Source of the DNA: a virus
Lineage: Duplodnaviria; Heunggongvirae; Uroviricota; Caudoviricetes
Reading direction: 5' to 3' (one strand)
Virus record (IMG/VR): IMGVR_UViG_3300001199_000001
Span: 197,404-261,403 of that record
Length of the DNA: 64,000 bases
Shown: positions 8,398 to 17,490 of the stretch, in pieces
Layout of the letters: the number at the start of each line of letters is the position of its first letter
How positions within the stretch are numbered: position 1 is the stretch's first letter
Program-made: the position numbers and the translations under genes
The notes under the pieces: model-generated
Database searches by the model: none
Told to the model about the DNA's origin: nothing
The model's input: only the letters and a program-made list of their open reading frames with translations

Positions 8398-8753
8398 TAG
8401 AACCTCTCGTTCCAGAGAGCATCCCAGCCCTTCTCGGTAATTACGCCCTTAGTGTAGCGTAGGTCATATCCGAGTTTGATGTTTCGAGAGGCGTCGGGAT
8501 CGCGCGCCAATAGCCACCCCTTGGCGTAAGGCACTCGTACAGTCTTAACGTAGCCACGCATTAACAGCCATTGAACATCGGCGTCCTTCAACGCCATGCC
8601 GCCTTCGCTATGAAACCGAAGGCGGTCTTTGGCTGCGCGCATCAGGAGCTTAGCTCGACGCAGCCGCGCTGGTACGGAGAGTGCCCCGTACCAGCGTTTG
8701 TTATGGTCGTTTAGTTCTGCCCACGATAGGGCGTTGCCACCCCCGCTAGACAT
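8397..8753 (-). CDS. Hypothetical protein
   Basis: ORF coupled to both neighbours. Confidence 0.65.
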   Translation of the reverse strand: MSSGGGNALSWAELNDHNKRWYGALSVPARLRRAKLLMRAAKDRLRFHSEGGMALKDADVQWLLMRGYVKTVRVPYAKGWLLARDPDASRNIKLGYDLRYTKGVITEKGWDALWNERF

Positions 8754-9187
8754 TAGACACCCGCCTTGAGGATCGCCGAGACCTGCTGGCCAGTGACCCG
8801 GCCCGGATACATCTCATTGAGATAGGCCAAGATCGCCTTCATGTTCTTCATGGAACGATCTTCAAATGCCGCCGAGATCGATTTACGAACCTCGTCATCA
8901 CTGACCGCTTGCGGTAGATATTCCGCGAGGATGGCAGCTTCGTCTTTCGCCTTGTCGTCCTCAGGACGTGCCTTCAGTGTCTCGTCGAGATTCTTGACGA
9001 ACTTGCGGATCACCGCCGTGACTTCGTCATCCGTGGTCTCACGGCCTGCATCCTTACCTACACGCTCAGCTTCCGCGACCAGCGTGGTGAGCAGAGGCGA
9101 TTTAATGCGGGCGGTCTCATCGCCTTTGATAGCCAGCTTGCGGGCGGCCAATTGGTCGGATTTGATGCGTTGAAGTAGCGTTGACAT
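8753..9187 (-). CDS. GatB/YqeY domain protein
   Basis: LLQRIKSDQLAARK, DDEV..VIRK.VK, EAAIL.EYLPQ, MKNMKAIL..L...YPGR. Confidence 0.88.
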   Translation of the reverse strand: MSTLLQRIKSDQLAARKLAIKGDETARIKSPLLTTLVAEAERVGKDAGRETTDDEVTAVIRKFVKNLDETLKARPEDDKAKDEAAILAEYLPQAVSDDEVRKSISAAFEDRSMKNMKAILAYLNEMYPGRVTGQQVSAILKAGV

Positions 9188-9193
9188 GGGACG

Positions 9194-9222
9194 GTTGTAC
9201 CATCCGAAAAGTGCGTTGTCAA
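9194..9222 (-). promoter_or_regulatory. Sigma70-type promoter, leaderless (6 nt to ATG)
   Basis: TTGACA-N17-TACAAC-N6-ATG(9187). Confidence 0.7.
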
Positions 9223-9240
9223 CACAATGTGACCGTTTAT

Positions 9241-9432
9241 CTAGTCGCCGCAGGGAAGCGGATTACCCTGCCGATCAGTGGGTTGAACTGCCCCTGACGT
9301 GAACTGGAGATAGACCACGCCCTTGTAGCAGGTCTCCGTTCCGTTGCCGGTGATACCAGCAACGGCGCGGTCGATTCTACCGCAACCCGTCAAGCCGAGC
9401 GCGAAGATTATTACGAGCAGGGTGTTACGCAT
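9241..9432 (-). CDS. Small putative lipoprotein
   Basis: MRNTLLVIIFALGLTGC lipobox. Confidence 0.7.
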   Translation of the reverse strand: MRNTLLVIIFALGLTGCGRIDRAVAGITGNGTETCYKGVVYLQFTSGAVQPTDRQGNPLPCGD

Positions 9433-9483
9433 TGACGCGCTCCATCGACAGATGTCAATATCATACACACGCCGTGTCAAAGG

Positions 9484-9693
9484 TCAACCCTTTAGGTTCT
9501 TCTCCAGTTTCGCCGTCTCGGTAAGGCGGTTTTTCGATTCTTGCACCGTGCGTTCCGCAAGATCGCGGTCCAGCGTTGACGCCTCGTTGAATTGCTCCGG
9601 TTTCAGCCTATTGCCGAGCGCCGCCCTGATCAAAGTCAGTTCCCGGCTCGTGATCTTCAGCGTCCAGACGGGTTCGAGTTTCAGTTCAGCCAT
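9484..9693 (-). CDS. Hypothetical protein
   Basis: ATG 9693 after GAGG; MAELKLEPVW... Confidence 0.6.
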   Translation of the reverse strand: MAELKLEPVWTLKITSRELTLIRAALGNRLKPEQFNEASTLDRDLAERTVQESKNRLTETAKLEKNLKG

Positions 9694-9700
9694 ACCAGCC

Positions 9701-10516
9701 TCACAGACGCATGAAGCGGGCGTGGATTTCCGCTTCGAGTTGATGGAATTCAGGCGTGGTCTCGATACCTTGCCGCCACGCCAAGCCGCGCTCAACAAGG
9801 TCATAGGTCTCGACGATCCGGGCGCCGGGAATGCGCACGCCGTTGGCGTCGAACTCATGACCCAGGATCGAGATCGTATCGCAGACAGCAATGGCGGCGG
9901 CGATGTCGTGGGTGGTCAGCAGAATCGAATTCAGTTCATGCGCCGAAGCGACGCTCAGGATAAGATTCTGAACCGCAACCTTCATCTTGGGATCAAGGCC
10001 TGAGAACGGCTCATCCATAAACAAGAGGTGCCCGGCGCACATCATCTGTTGGATGATGGCGACGCGCTGCCGCTGCCCGCCTGACAGTGCGTGCGGATAA
10101 CTCTTCTCTTTATCAGCGAGGTCGAACCGCTTGAGGAGTTCACGGGCGGTCGCTTCGGGATCGGCGATCTTTTCCGCCTTCGCCGCCGTAAGAAGGTTGG
10201 CGATCACGGTCAGGTGGTCAAACAGTGGGTAGTTCTGCGCCACGACACCGACCATACCCGTCTTGGTAGGCTGACTGCCGTTTAGGATGACCTCACCGGA
10301 ATCCGGCGTCTGAAGTCCCGCGATGCAGCGTGAAAGCTGGGTCTTTCCGACACCGCTCAAGCCGAGAAGTCCGTGAACCTGTCCTTGATTGAGGCCGGGG
10401 CGGATGAAATTGCGAATGGTAAAGTCGACATCCCGCAGGATGGGACGGTCGTAAGCGACTGAGACCTTTTTGACCTCAAGAAGCGGCTCGCCGATTGAGT
10501 AAGCGAAATTCGACAT
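9701..10516 (-). CDS. ABC transporter ATP-binding protein (NitT/TauT/SsuB-like)
   Basis: Walker A GLSGVGKT, LSGGQRQR signature, Walker B LFMDEPFSGLD, TTHD. Confidence 0.95.
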   Translation of the reverse strand: MSNFAYSIGEPLLEVKKVSVAYDRPILRDVDFTIRNFIRPGLNQGQVHGLLGLSGVGKTQLSRCIAGLQTPDSGEVILNGSQPTKTGMVGVVAQNYPLFDHLTVIANLLTAAKAEKIADPEATARELLKRFDLADKEKSYPHALSGGQRQRVAIIQQMMCAGHLLFMDEPFSGLDPKMKVAVQNLILSVASAHELNSILLTTHDIAAAIAVCDTISILGHEFDANGVRIPGARIVETYDLVERGLAWRQGIETTPEFHQLEAEIHARFMRL

Positions 10517-11320
10517 TTATGAACGCCTCCGCACGGTATAGGGACAGGCCAGCGCCTTGATCGATTTGATGAGATAGTCCTGCCCGATACCGACGGCGAA
10601 GATCAGAAGCTGAATGGCCAGGAGAGCCGTGTAATTACCGCTACGCTGGAGGCTGATCAACAGCAGGCCAATACCGCCTTCAGCACGGGAGACGCCCTCG
10701 ACCATGGTCAGCATCATCCACGCGATGGCGGCGTTCATGCGCACGCTCTCGAATGCGTTGGCGAGAGTCCCCCGGATAACCACCTCGCGCAGCACGCCCC
10801 ACTTACTGAGGCCAAGCGTCCGAGCGTGGTCGAAACGACCCTGCGGGATGTCGTCAATGATCTGAAGCATGTCGTTCAGGAAGAAGGTCAAGATCGAGAA
10901 TGTGAGCGCCGCGACCTTTAGGGAATGGCCGACACCGAACACCCCCATGAACACCATCAGGACGCCAGTGAGGCTGAGGAACCGCAAACGTGCGATCCCT
11001 GCTGCCAAGGGACGAAAGAAGGGGATCGTGGCGAGATAGGCGAGCGACAGTCCAAGGACCGTGGCGACCCCGATGGCCTCCAAGCTGGTCGATAGACTGA
11101 TCATCAACTGGTAGGCGGCGCCTTGCTGCCACTCCTCTCCAAGAGCGTTAGCCGCTTCAAGTGGAGAAGGAACGGAGGGCGCCGCGCGTCCCGAAATATC
11201 TGCGCCGAATGTGATCGTCATCCAGAAGACGAGGATGAAAGCGATCCAGCCTGCGACCAACATCAAGGAGATGTTGCGCGGGATATGAGCGTTAGGCGTG
11301 AAGACCTGGGGAAGGGTCAA
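10517..11320 (-). CDS. ABC transporter permease (TauC/SsuC-like)
   Basis: Multiple TM segments, P.PLE, DHARTLG (EAA-like loop), VE...AEGGIG; TTG start after AGGAG. Confidence 0.9.
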   Translation of the reverse strand: MTLPQVFTPNAHIPRNISLMLVAGWIAFILVFWMTITFGADISGRAAPSVPSPLEAANALGEEWQQGAAYQLMISLSTSLEAIGVATVLGLSLAYLATIPFFRPLAAGIARLRFLSLTGVLMVFMGVFGVGHSLKVAALTFSILTFFLNDMLQIIDDIPQGRFDHARTLGLSKWGVLREVVIRGTLANAFESVRMNAAIAWMMLTMVEGVSRAEGGIGLLLISLQRSGNYTALLAIQLLIFAVGIGQDYLIKSIKALACPYTVRRRS

Positions 11321-11344
11321 AGTGAGGCTCCTGCATCTGTTCGG

Positions 11345-11375
11345 AAAGGAAAGGGGCGAGGATGTACCTCGCCCC
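11345..11375 (-). terminator. Intra-operon hairpin/terminator after the substrate-binding gene
   Basis: GGGGCGAGG-N5-CCTCGCCCC followed by TTTCCTTT on minus strand. Confidence 0.6.
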
Positions 11376-11382
11376 GCCCTAG

Positions 11383-13221
11383 TTACTGACCGAGAGCGAT
11401 CTCGACCCGACGGTTCTTAGTCCGTCCAGCTTCGGTGGCGTTGTCGCCAACCGGGCTGCTGTCACCGAAGCCTTGGACCTGCATACGTTCCTTGGGGAAG
11501 GTCTGCGGAGCCAGCGCATTCAGAGCATCAGCGATGGCTTGCGCTCGCGCCCGCGACAGAGCGAGGTTCGCGCCTGCATTGCCGGTGTTGTCGGTGTGAC
11601 CGGCGATCCGAATCCGTAGGCCCGTCATACCGGCTTGATTGGCGATATCATTCAGCGTGCGCATGCCTGCCGAAGTGATCTGCGCCGAGCCCGTGGCGAA
11701 CTCGACCGCATAGGCCCGTTCGGACACCGCCTGAGTGATCGACTTTTGTTCGAAGGCCTGCGCCGTCGAGCCGACATTCACCCCGCCAAGAGCAGCTTGC
11801 AGATAGGACGTGTTTACCACCTTGCCGTAGTCCGGGTAGCTCGGCACATCCTTCGGATAGAAGGCCTTGGCGTAGTTGCCGAAGGTCTCATATACGCCCT
11901 TGTAGGCGTTGAGCGTGCCAGCCGTCAGGCCGAAGTAGTCACGAACTTCCGCTGCGGTGACAGCCCGCGAGCCGCCGATGCGCACCGTGTTGCCTTGACC
12001 GTCGGTATAGTCATAGCCGGTATAACCCTTGGTCCAGAAGTCGGCGCGAGCTTCTTCGCCGCCAGCCGTCCCGAACACTGCCGCTTGCGTGCGGCCAAGG
12101 GCTTCAAGGCCCTGTCCACCGCTGCGGATTTGGAACGCACCCCGGTCGATGGCGCGGATCAGGCCGACCACGAACTGCTTGTTCTTGGCCATCCATTCGG
12201 CGTTTCCGACCAGAACGGCAGGCATCTGACGGTTATACTCGAAAGTCGAAGCCCAGGTCGTCAGGCCGCCCTTTTGAGTGACCACAACCCGGTCGCCGGG
12301 GAACCACGTGGCGACACCGTCGACACAGGCTTGCACCTTCTTGCCGGTCGGTCGACCATCGATCACTTCCGAACGCTCTTCACAAGCGCCAGAGATATAC
12401 TTTTCGTCGGCCTCGACGAAGCTGGTCGTGTCGGCGAAGTTGATGGCGTTCTTGTCGTAGGTGGCGTTGTTGACGTTTACCGGAATGTCGTTGTCTGACG
12501 CCCACTTCACGCAGGTGTTCCAGTCGCCGTCCCAAGGAACGGCGGCGATGACGCTGCCGCGTGCATTCTGCGGGTTGCCGTTGAGCGGCTTGCCCATGCA
12601 CTTGTCTTCGCCGTAGGAGAACCCCGAGACGGCGATGACTTCGGCGCGCTGGTCGATGCGGTCAAGTCGCTCCGACAGGCTGGCGAAATAGGCGGCGGCG
12701 GAATCGCCCATGAAGATCACGAAGGCCGCGCCTTGCGGGTTGGCTTCACCCTTAGAGACGCCTTCCGAGAACTTCACGAACTCGTCTTTTTGGACGTTGT
12801 AATCGTCCTGACGCTCGATCTGCACACAGCCGCCGGTATACTTAGCGACCAAGCTGCCGTTCGCCGTGCGCGCGCCGCCGTTGGCGACCGTCAAAGGCGC
12901 GACACCGTTCCACGCGATGGCGAGGATACGCGGACAGCCGTTGAAGTTATTGACCGGCTGCGCGGCGAGTTCATAGGAAGCCGGGACGCCGCCGATATCG
13001 GCGCCCGCAAGCGAGCCGGACTTTTCCGGGATCATCGCCTTCATCGAAGCGGGCATCGGCACAACGCCGCTGCGGACCGCTTGAGTGACGCCATAGAGAC
13101 CGATGCCGACCGCGAGGGCGAACGCCGCGATCTTGAACGGAGTCTTCAGACGCAGCTTTGCGGCGCCGAAGGCTAGACCCACCGCCAAGGCGATGAGGAA
13201 TAGAGGAAGAATGAAGGCCAT
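11383..13221 (-). CDS. Membrane-anchored periplasmic binding protein fused to C-terminal OmpA-like peptidoglycan-binding domain
   Basis: N-terminal TM helices, PBP2-like core (S.GEDK, DGDWN), C-terminal F.TGSA.I..GHTDNTG...N..LS..RA...GFG..P...N.T..GR..NRRVEI. Confidence 0.88.
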   Translation of the reverse strand: MAFILPLFLIALAVGLAFGAAKLRLKTPFKIAAFALAVGIGLYGVTQAVRSGVVPMPASMKAMIPEKSGSLAGADIGGVPASYELAAQPVNNFNGCPRILAIAWNGVAPLTVANGGARTANGSLVAKYTGGCVQIERQDDYNVQKDEFVKFSEGVSKGEANPQGAAFVIFMGDSAAAYFASLSERLDRIDQRAEVIAVSGFSYGEDKCMGKPLNGNPQNARGSVIAAVPWDGDWNTCVKWASDNDIPVNVNNATYDKNAINFADTTSFVEADEKYISGACEERSEVIDGRPTGKKVQACVDGVATWFPGDRVVVTQKGGLTTWASTFEYNRQMPAVLVGNAEWMAKNKQFVVGLIRAIDRGAFQIRSGGQGLEALGRTQAAVFGTAGGEEARADFWTKGYTGYDYTDGQGNTVRIGGSRAVTAAEVRDYFGLTAGTLNAYKGVYETFGNYAKAFYPKDVPSYPDYGKVVNTSYLQAALGGVNVGSTAQAFEQKSITQAVSERAYAVEFATGSAQITSAGMRTLNDIANQAGMTGLRIRIAGHTDNTGNAGANLALSRARAQAIADALNALAPQTFPKERMQVQGFGDSSPVGDNATEAGRTKNRRVEIALGQ

Positions 13222-13276
13222 TTTCTGTGTTCCTTTCTGTAAGGGACGAGGCCGGGTTAAAAGGATAAAGCGGTAC

Positions 13277-14293
13277 TTAGTAGAGGAGCTTCTTCAGGCC
13301 GGACGACTGGTCCTGCATGGCAGGAGCCGTCGGGCCTTCGATGAGTTTCGTCGACTCGCTCTCCCACTTGGAGAGAAGTTCGCTGCCCGCGCTCACCTTC
13401 TCAAGCTCGATGGTGTCGAGCAGCGGCTGGGTGGTCGTGGCGAGATTTTCGAGTAGCCCGAGTTGGTCGGCATACTTCACGTCGATCAGTTCCGCCGCCT
13501 GCGCCGCCAGTGCGGCCTTTTCGGTGCCCCTGAAGAGGGCGCGTCCAGCGGCGTTCACTTCTTCGAAGGCTTCCTTGGCGGCCCATTTGTCGCGGGCAAT
13601 CTTGATGTCGAGCGACAGGTTCTGGTCGACCATTTCAGCCGCCTCTACGGTCTGATGAAGCCGCTTACGGACAGGCTCGACGCGGGCAATGTAGCCCTCG
13701 AATTCCTGCGCTGTATCAAGACAACGCTGATAGGCGCGCGATTCGATGGTGAAGACGTTCTCGAAGCGTTGGTCGCTAACAGCCGCCGTCTTCGCACCCT
13801 TGGCCTTACGTTCGTGTTGCTTGGCGTCGGCATGATACTTATCAGCGGTTTCACGCCAGCGGGACATGATCCCATCAAGGCGGCCGACGGCGTCTTCGAA
13901 GCGAGACTTGTAGGCTCGCACCTCCTTCTGGCGTTCGAAGTAGGGCGACAGCGGATCGATGTTGAGCAGCGACCACGTCAACTTGTTGATAAAGCTGGCG
14001 TATTGCATGCTGATTAGCTTGTTGATCTTGCCGGTCGGCGAGAAAATCTCGTAGAGCAACCAGATGACTCCAGTCAGGACGGCTCCGGTGATCGCCAGAT
14101 GCGTCAGGCTGCTGGTCAGCTTGGTCAGGAGATCGACCGCATCGATCCACGTCGGTACGAACTTGATGACGACCAGGGAGACAACTGAGATGACCACAAG
14201 GGCGATAAGCCCGGTGATCGTGTAGCGCATGGCCTTAGCCTCTGGCGGCGACCAAGTGCTCGGCGTCGAAGATGAGGTGGGGACGAGTGACAT
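13277..14293 (-). CDS. Membrane-anchored coiled-coil protein, PspA/IM30-like
   Basis: Two N-terminal TM helices, then IDP motif and long helical coiled coil as in PspA-family proteins. Confidence 0.6.
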   Translation of the reverse strand: MSLVPTSSSTPSTWSPPEAKAMRYTITGLIALVVISVVSLVVIKFVPTWIDAVDLLTKLTSSLTHLAITGAVLTGVIWLLYEIFSPTGKINKLISMQYASFINKLTWSLLNIDPLSPYFERQKEVRAYKSRFEDAVGRLDGIMSRWRETADKYHADAKQHERKAKGAKTAAVSDQRFENVFTIESRAYQRCLDTAQEFEGYIARVEPVRKRLHQTVEAAEMVDQNLSLDIKIARDKWAAKEAFEEVNAAGRALFRGTEKAALAAQAAELIDVKYADQLGLLENLATTTQPLLDTIELEKVSAGSELLSKWESESTKLIEGPTAPAMQDQSSGLKKLLY

Positions 14294-14304
14294 GGGCGGG
14301 GCTC

Positions 14305-14994
14305 CTAGCGGGCGGCCGAAAGGGTTTGCTTCATCTGCGCGAGTTCGGCGCGAACCGCGTTCTCGGCATCTGAAGTGCGCTTGCGAGCGCGGGCGAGTTT
14401 GGCTTCGTGTTCAGCACGTTCAGTGGTGATCGTGCCGATGCGGGCATCGCGTTCCGCCGTCTCGCGAGTATGCCGTTCGATCTCAGCCTTCGCGTCGGCG
14501 TTCAGCTTGCGCAGATGCTCGACCTCTTTGTCGGACTGGCCCACGGTCCCGTCAGCGAGCGCCTTCATTTCACCTGAAGCGCGTTCAACGAAATTCGCGA
14601 GGAGTTGTTCGTGTTGGTCGATATCGGCGACGACGCTGGCGGGGGTGATCGAGGGGTCAGTGACCTTCAGGGCGTTGAGCGCCACGGCGGCGTTGCGCCC
14701 GACGGCCTCATACATTCGAAGGAAGGTGATGTAGCGTGACGGCCTGCCGGAAATCGTCTCAGCATAGACGCCTTCTCTGACGAATTTCAGAGCCTCGGAA
14801 TCGACAACGTCGCTGCCACTCTGGACGACGCTGCTCGTCACAGGTCCCGTGTAGGCTGGGGGGACTTGCGTCGCCGTCACCGCCGGGATGTGGGACAATG
14901 TCGGCGCCGTGGCGGCTTCCGCTGCCTCAGGTGACTCGTCGCTTTCAAGCATCGTGGACTTTAGAGTGTCCAGAAAAGACTTCTTCTTCGCCAT
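14305..14994 (-). CDS. Coiled-coil hypothetical protein (first gene of ABC/OmpA cassette)
   Basis: Amphipathic N-terminus, low-complexity linker, C-terminal coiled coil; promoter at ~15040-15066. Confidence 0.75.
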   Translation of the reverse strand: MAKKKSFLDTLKSTMLESDESPEAAEAATAPTLSHIPAVTATQVPPAYTGPVTSSVVQSGSDVVDSEALKFVREGVYAETISGRPSRYITFLRMYEAVGRNAAVALNALKVTDPSITPASVVADIDQHEQLLANFVERASGEMKALADGTVGQSDKEVEHLRKLNADAKAEIERHTRETAERDARIGTITTERAEHEAKLARARKRTSDAENAVRAELAQMKQTLSAAR

Positions 14995-15081
14995 TATCCG
15001 CTCGCTGTTCGCCTCGCTATGAGGCGGTATGGTTGAAGGATACAGACGCGATATTTCGTTGTCAACCCTTTAGAACCAATA

Positions 15082-15375
15082 TTAACGCGTAATCGGCTCG
15101 AAGCGCCCGTCAGTGATTTCCTCATGTCGCCTGACCCAGCCACGGCCATCCGCATCGACATAGAAGGTGACGTTGGCTCCGTCTTCCAGTGGTTCGTCGG
15201 TCTGTAAGGTGACCCCGTTCATCTCGACTTCGTAATCCGAACCGCGCTTCTTGTGCCGCATGGTCGGGGTAAAGCCGATTGCAGCGACAACATCGAGCGC
15301 CCAGTCGAATAGCACCTCGCGTTCCATGGAGGGTCGAAATTCTTGGCCTAGAGATTCGAGCTTCTTGCGGTTCAT
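15082..15375 (-). CDS. Hypothetical protein
   Basis: RHKKRGSDY...Y...DGRGWVR..E..DGRF (DUF1653-like pattern). Confidence 0.65.
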   Translation of the reverse strand: MNRKKLESLGQEFRPSMEREVLFDWALDVVAAIGFTPTMRHKKRGSDYEVEMNGVTLQTDEPLEDGANVTFYVDADGRGWVRRHEEITDGRFEPITR

Positions 15376-15905
15376 ATCAACAGCCCCTTGAGGTAGTCTT
15401 CGGTGTCGGCAATCAAATTTGTCAGCGTGCCCGGCTCCACGAAAATCGATTTTGTGGCCAAGGTGCGGTGGAACGTGTCGGCCGTCAAAGAGGTGACAAC
15501 ATCGAAATGCAGCGCCTCGTCTAAGAGCGTGATGCTTATGAAGATCACCTCCTCGGCGATATCATCCGCTTCCCAATGCTGGATCAGTTTGATCTTTTCG
15601 GCTTCTGAAGCATCAAGCCACACTTCTTCGGGCGAAATAGCGTACGACGTATCGGAATCATCGCGCACTGCTCTGTCGAATTGAAGCTGCTTCATCATCA
15701 GAGCGCCGTCGGCTTCAATCTTGTCACGCAGCGTGATCGGCATAGCGTGCTTAAGTTCAGCAAAACGAAAGCGCGTTTCGCCCCTCCAGCCGTTGTCCGT
15801 AGTCGTGGATTCGGTCTCTATACAACCCGGCCATTTACGCAGCACGGCAAGCAGAGAGTCCATCGCCAGTGCAATGCGGCGGTCTAGAAAAGGCGTCAGG
15901 GTCAT
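15372..15905 (-). CDS. Hypothetical protein
   Basis: Coupled ORF (ATGA overlaps). Confidence 0.65.
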   Translation of the reverse strand: MTLTPFLDRRIALAMDSLLAVLRKWPGCIETESTTTDNGWRGETRFRFAELKHAMPITLRDKIEADGALMMKQLQFDRAVRDDSDTSYAISPEEVWLDASEAEKIKLIQHWEADDIAEEVIFISITLLDEALHFDVVTSLTADTFHRTLATKSIFVEPGTLTNLIADTEDYLKGLLI

Positions 15906-16096
15906 GGGTCAACTAGGATAGAGAGAGCGACAACGATAAATCCGAAGGCAGCGACTAGGCCGATCCACTTCCATTCACGTTGGACATCGGGACGATGCCG
16001 AGTGATGAAATACATACCGAAACCCATCAACATACCAAAACCCAGTACGATGACCACGCTCAAGACCGGGTCCAAATCGTAGCTGGCGCTATACAT
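15902..16096 (-). CDS. Small membrane protein
   Basis: Two hydrophobic segments. Confidence 0.65.
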   Translation of the reverse strand: MYSASYDLDPVLSVVIVLGFGMLMGFGMYFITRHRPDVQREWKWIGLVAAFGFIVVALSILVDP

Positions 16097-16386
16097 TAGT
16101 TCTGGACGGCGCTTGGCGCCGGTAAGAAGTCGCCAACTCCGAAATCGAAATTCTCGATTCGATAGCCGATCACTTCAATGACACGATTTTCATCAGTGTT
16201 TTCAATCATTGAGCGCAGGATTTGCATGGCCTGGGCCTCATCGTCGCAAGTGAACTGGGCGACGAAATATTCCGGGTCGTCCTCGACCTCGACAACAACG
16301 GACAGGTTTGTACCCTGCCATCGATCTTCTTTGAAATATTTGGCGTTTGCCCGTGATGGAAGCTGCATCTTATTGGTCCCATCCAT
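16096..16386 (-). CDS. Hypothetical protein
   Basis: Coupled ORF (TAATG). Confidence 0.6.
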   Translation of the reverse strand: MDGTNKMQLPSRANAKYFKEDRWQGTNLSVVVEVEDDPEYFVAQFTCDDEAQAMQILRSMIENTDENRVIEVIGYRIENFDFGVGDFLPAPSAVQN

Positions 16387-16473
16387 GGATCGCGAACGTT
16401 TCGCCCGACCCTATGATTTCGATCATTTCACCCATACCTATATATTAACAGATTTGATTGCGTAGTCAACACA

Positions 16474-16896
16474 TTAACGCCAACGGGCTTTGAGCTTTTT
16501 GGTGCCGTAATTATAGTTCACAGGTAATCCAGCATTAGGGTGCATCAGTTCCAGCCGGTGCGCCTTGCCTACCACAGCGCCTTTCGACCGTTGCATAAGA
16601 TTACAGATCGCCAGCACATGAAGTCCCGCTGCATAATAATCGCGCAGGCGGATGATGTCGTCATCTGTCCACGGTTTTGAGGGGAAGTTGGGTGCAACGT
16701 CCTTACGACTGCGCTTTAAGCGCTTGCTCGCGCCGCGTTCCAGGCGAAGGTCGCGCGCCTTGCTCCAGATCGCGATCCGACTAACACCGAACTCTGCGGC
16801 GATGTCGTCGACATGTACGCCGTCGCGATACGACCGGCGTAGTTGCTCTATCTTTTGGATTGTCCAGAAACGCGGACGATTGCGCCAGTGGGCCAC
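16474..16896 (-). CDS. Tandem GcrA-like HTH protein
   Basis: Two copies of WT..I..LR..Y..G....I......S..A...KA..L.L; second copy WTDDDIIRLRDYYAAG...RSKGAVVGKAHRLEL matches GcrA N-terminus. Confidence 0.75.
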   Translation of the reverse strand: MAHWRNRPRFWTIQKIEQLRRSYRDGVHVDDIAAEFGVSRIAIWSKARDLRLERGASKRLKRSRKDVAPNFPSKPWTDDDIIRLRDYYAAGLHVLAICNLMQRSKGAVVGKAHRLELMHPNAGLPVNYNYGTKKLKARWR

Positions 16897-17112
16897 CTAG
16901 GACGCCTTGCGCACGTCCTCGCCGCTGGAGGTTTCAACGTACTTCAGGACGAGCTTGTAAGTCCTTTCACCGACCTCAACCCAGCCATCCGTTTCAATCG
17001 TTACGGGGACGCCGTCCGTAGCGACGAACGGCTTAACTATCGGAAGCGCCTTGGCGATTTTTGGTGCGAACAATCCGGCGAACAGGGAAGCAATGAGACC
17101 GCGTCGATTCAT
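16897..17112 (-). CDS. Small protein with Tat-like N-terminus
   Basis: MNRRGLIASLFAGLFAPKIAKA. Confidence 0.55.
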   Translation of the reverse strand: MNRRGLIASLFAGLFAPKIAKALPIVKPFVATDGVPVTIETDGWVEVGERTYKLVLKYVETSSGEDVRKAS

Positions 17113-17127
17113 AAGACCCTCTGGTAT

Positions 17128-17187
17128 TTTTTAACTTGACGGGAGACGCCTCTCCCAGTGGATTTTTAACTTGACGGGAGACGCCTC
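17128..17187. repeat. Direct repeat, 25-bp unit (35-bp period)
   Basis: tttttaacttgacgggagacgcctc at 17128 and 17163. Confidence 0.85.
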
Positions 17188-17190
17188 CCC

Positions 17191-17490
17191 CTACCGTTGC
17201 CGTACTCGATAGACGCCTTCAGCTTTCCGCATGCGCTCCAAAAAGGAGTCCATCTTCTCTTGTAGGCCAGGGTGGAGGGCATATTCAATCCGCTCCAGCA
17301 AATGAATTGCTTCGTCCCGCTCAAGACGGAAGCGGTCCCTCTGCGCTTGCAGTCCCGCCGGGTCGTGAAGCTCGGTCAAAGCGACCGCCGCCTCTCGCAG
17401 CAGACGACGGTCGTCATGATCGACGCCATTGATCTTCATCTTCACTCGCGAACGGCGGCTGGCGCGCAGGAGTTGATTGATCAAGGTCAT
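17191..17490 (-). CDS. Hypothetical protein
   Basis: Co-directional tiled ORF. Confidence 0.6.
   Translation of the reverse strand: MTLINQLLRASRRSRVKMKINGVDHDDRRLLREAAVALTELHDPAGLQAQRDRFRLERDEAIHLLERIEYALHPGLQEKMDSFLERMRKAEGVYRVRQR

Noticed and set aside
11635-12498. Long antisense ORFs (also 9344-10003, 49336-50070, 54402-55292, 59413-60036)
   Set aside because: Shadow frames of GC3-biased genes on the opposite strand; no motifs or RBS.
9701-14994. Evidence that the window is bacterial chromosome or prophage flank
   Set aside because: The cassette uses the same TTGACA promoter and tight gene packing as the surrounding phage genes; no housekeeping genes, integrase or att site is seen.
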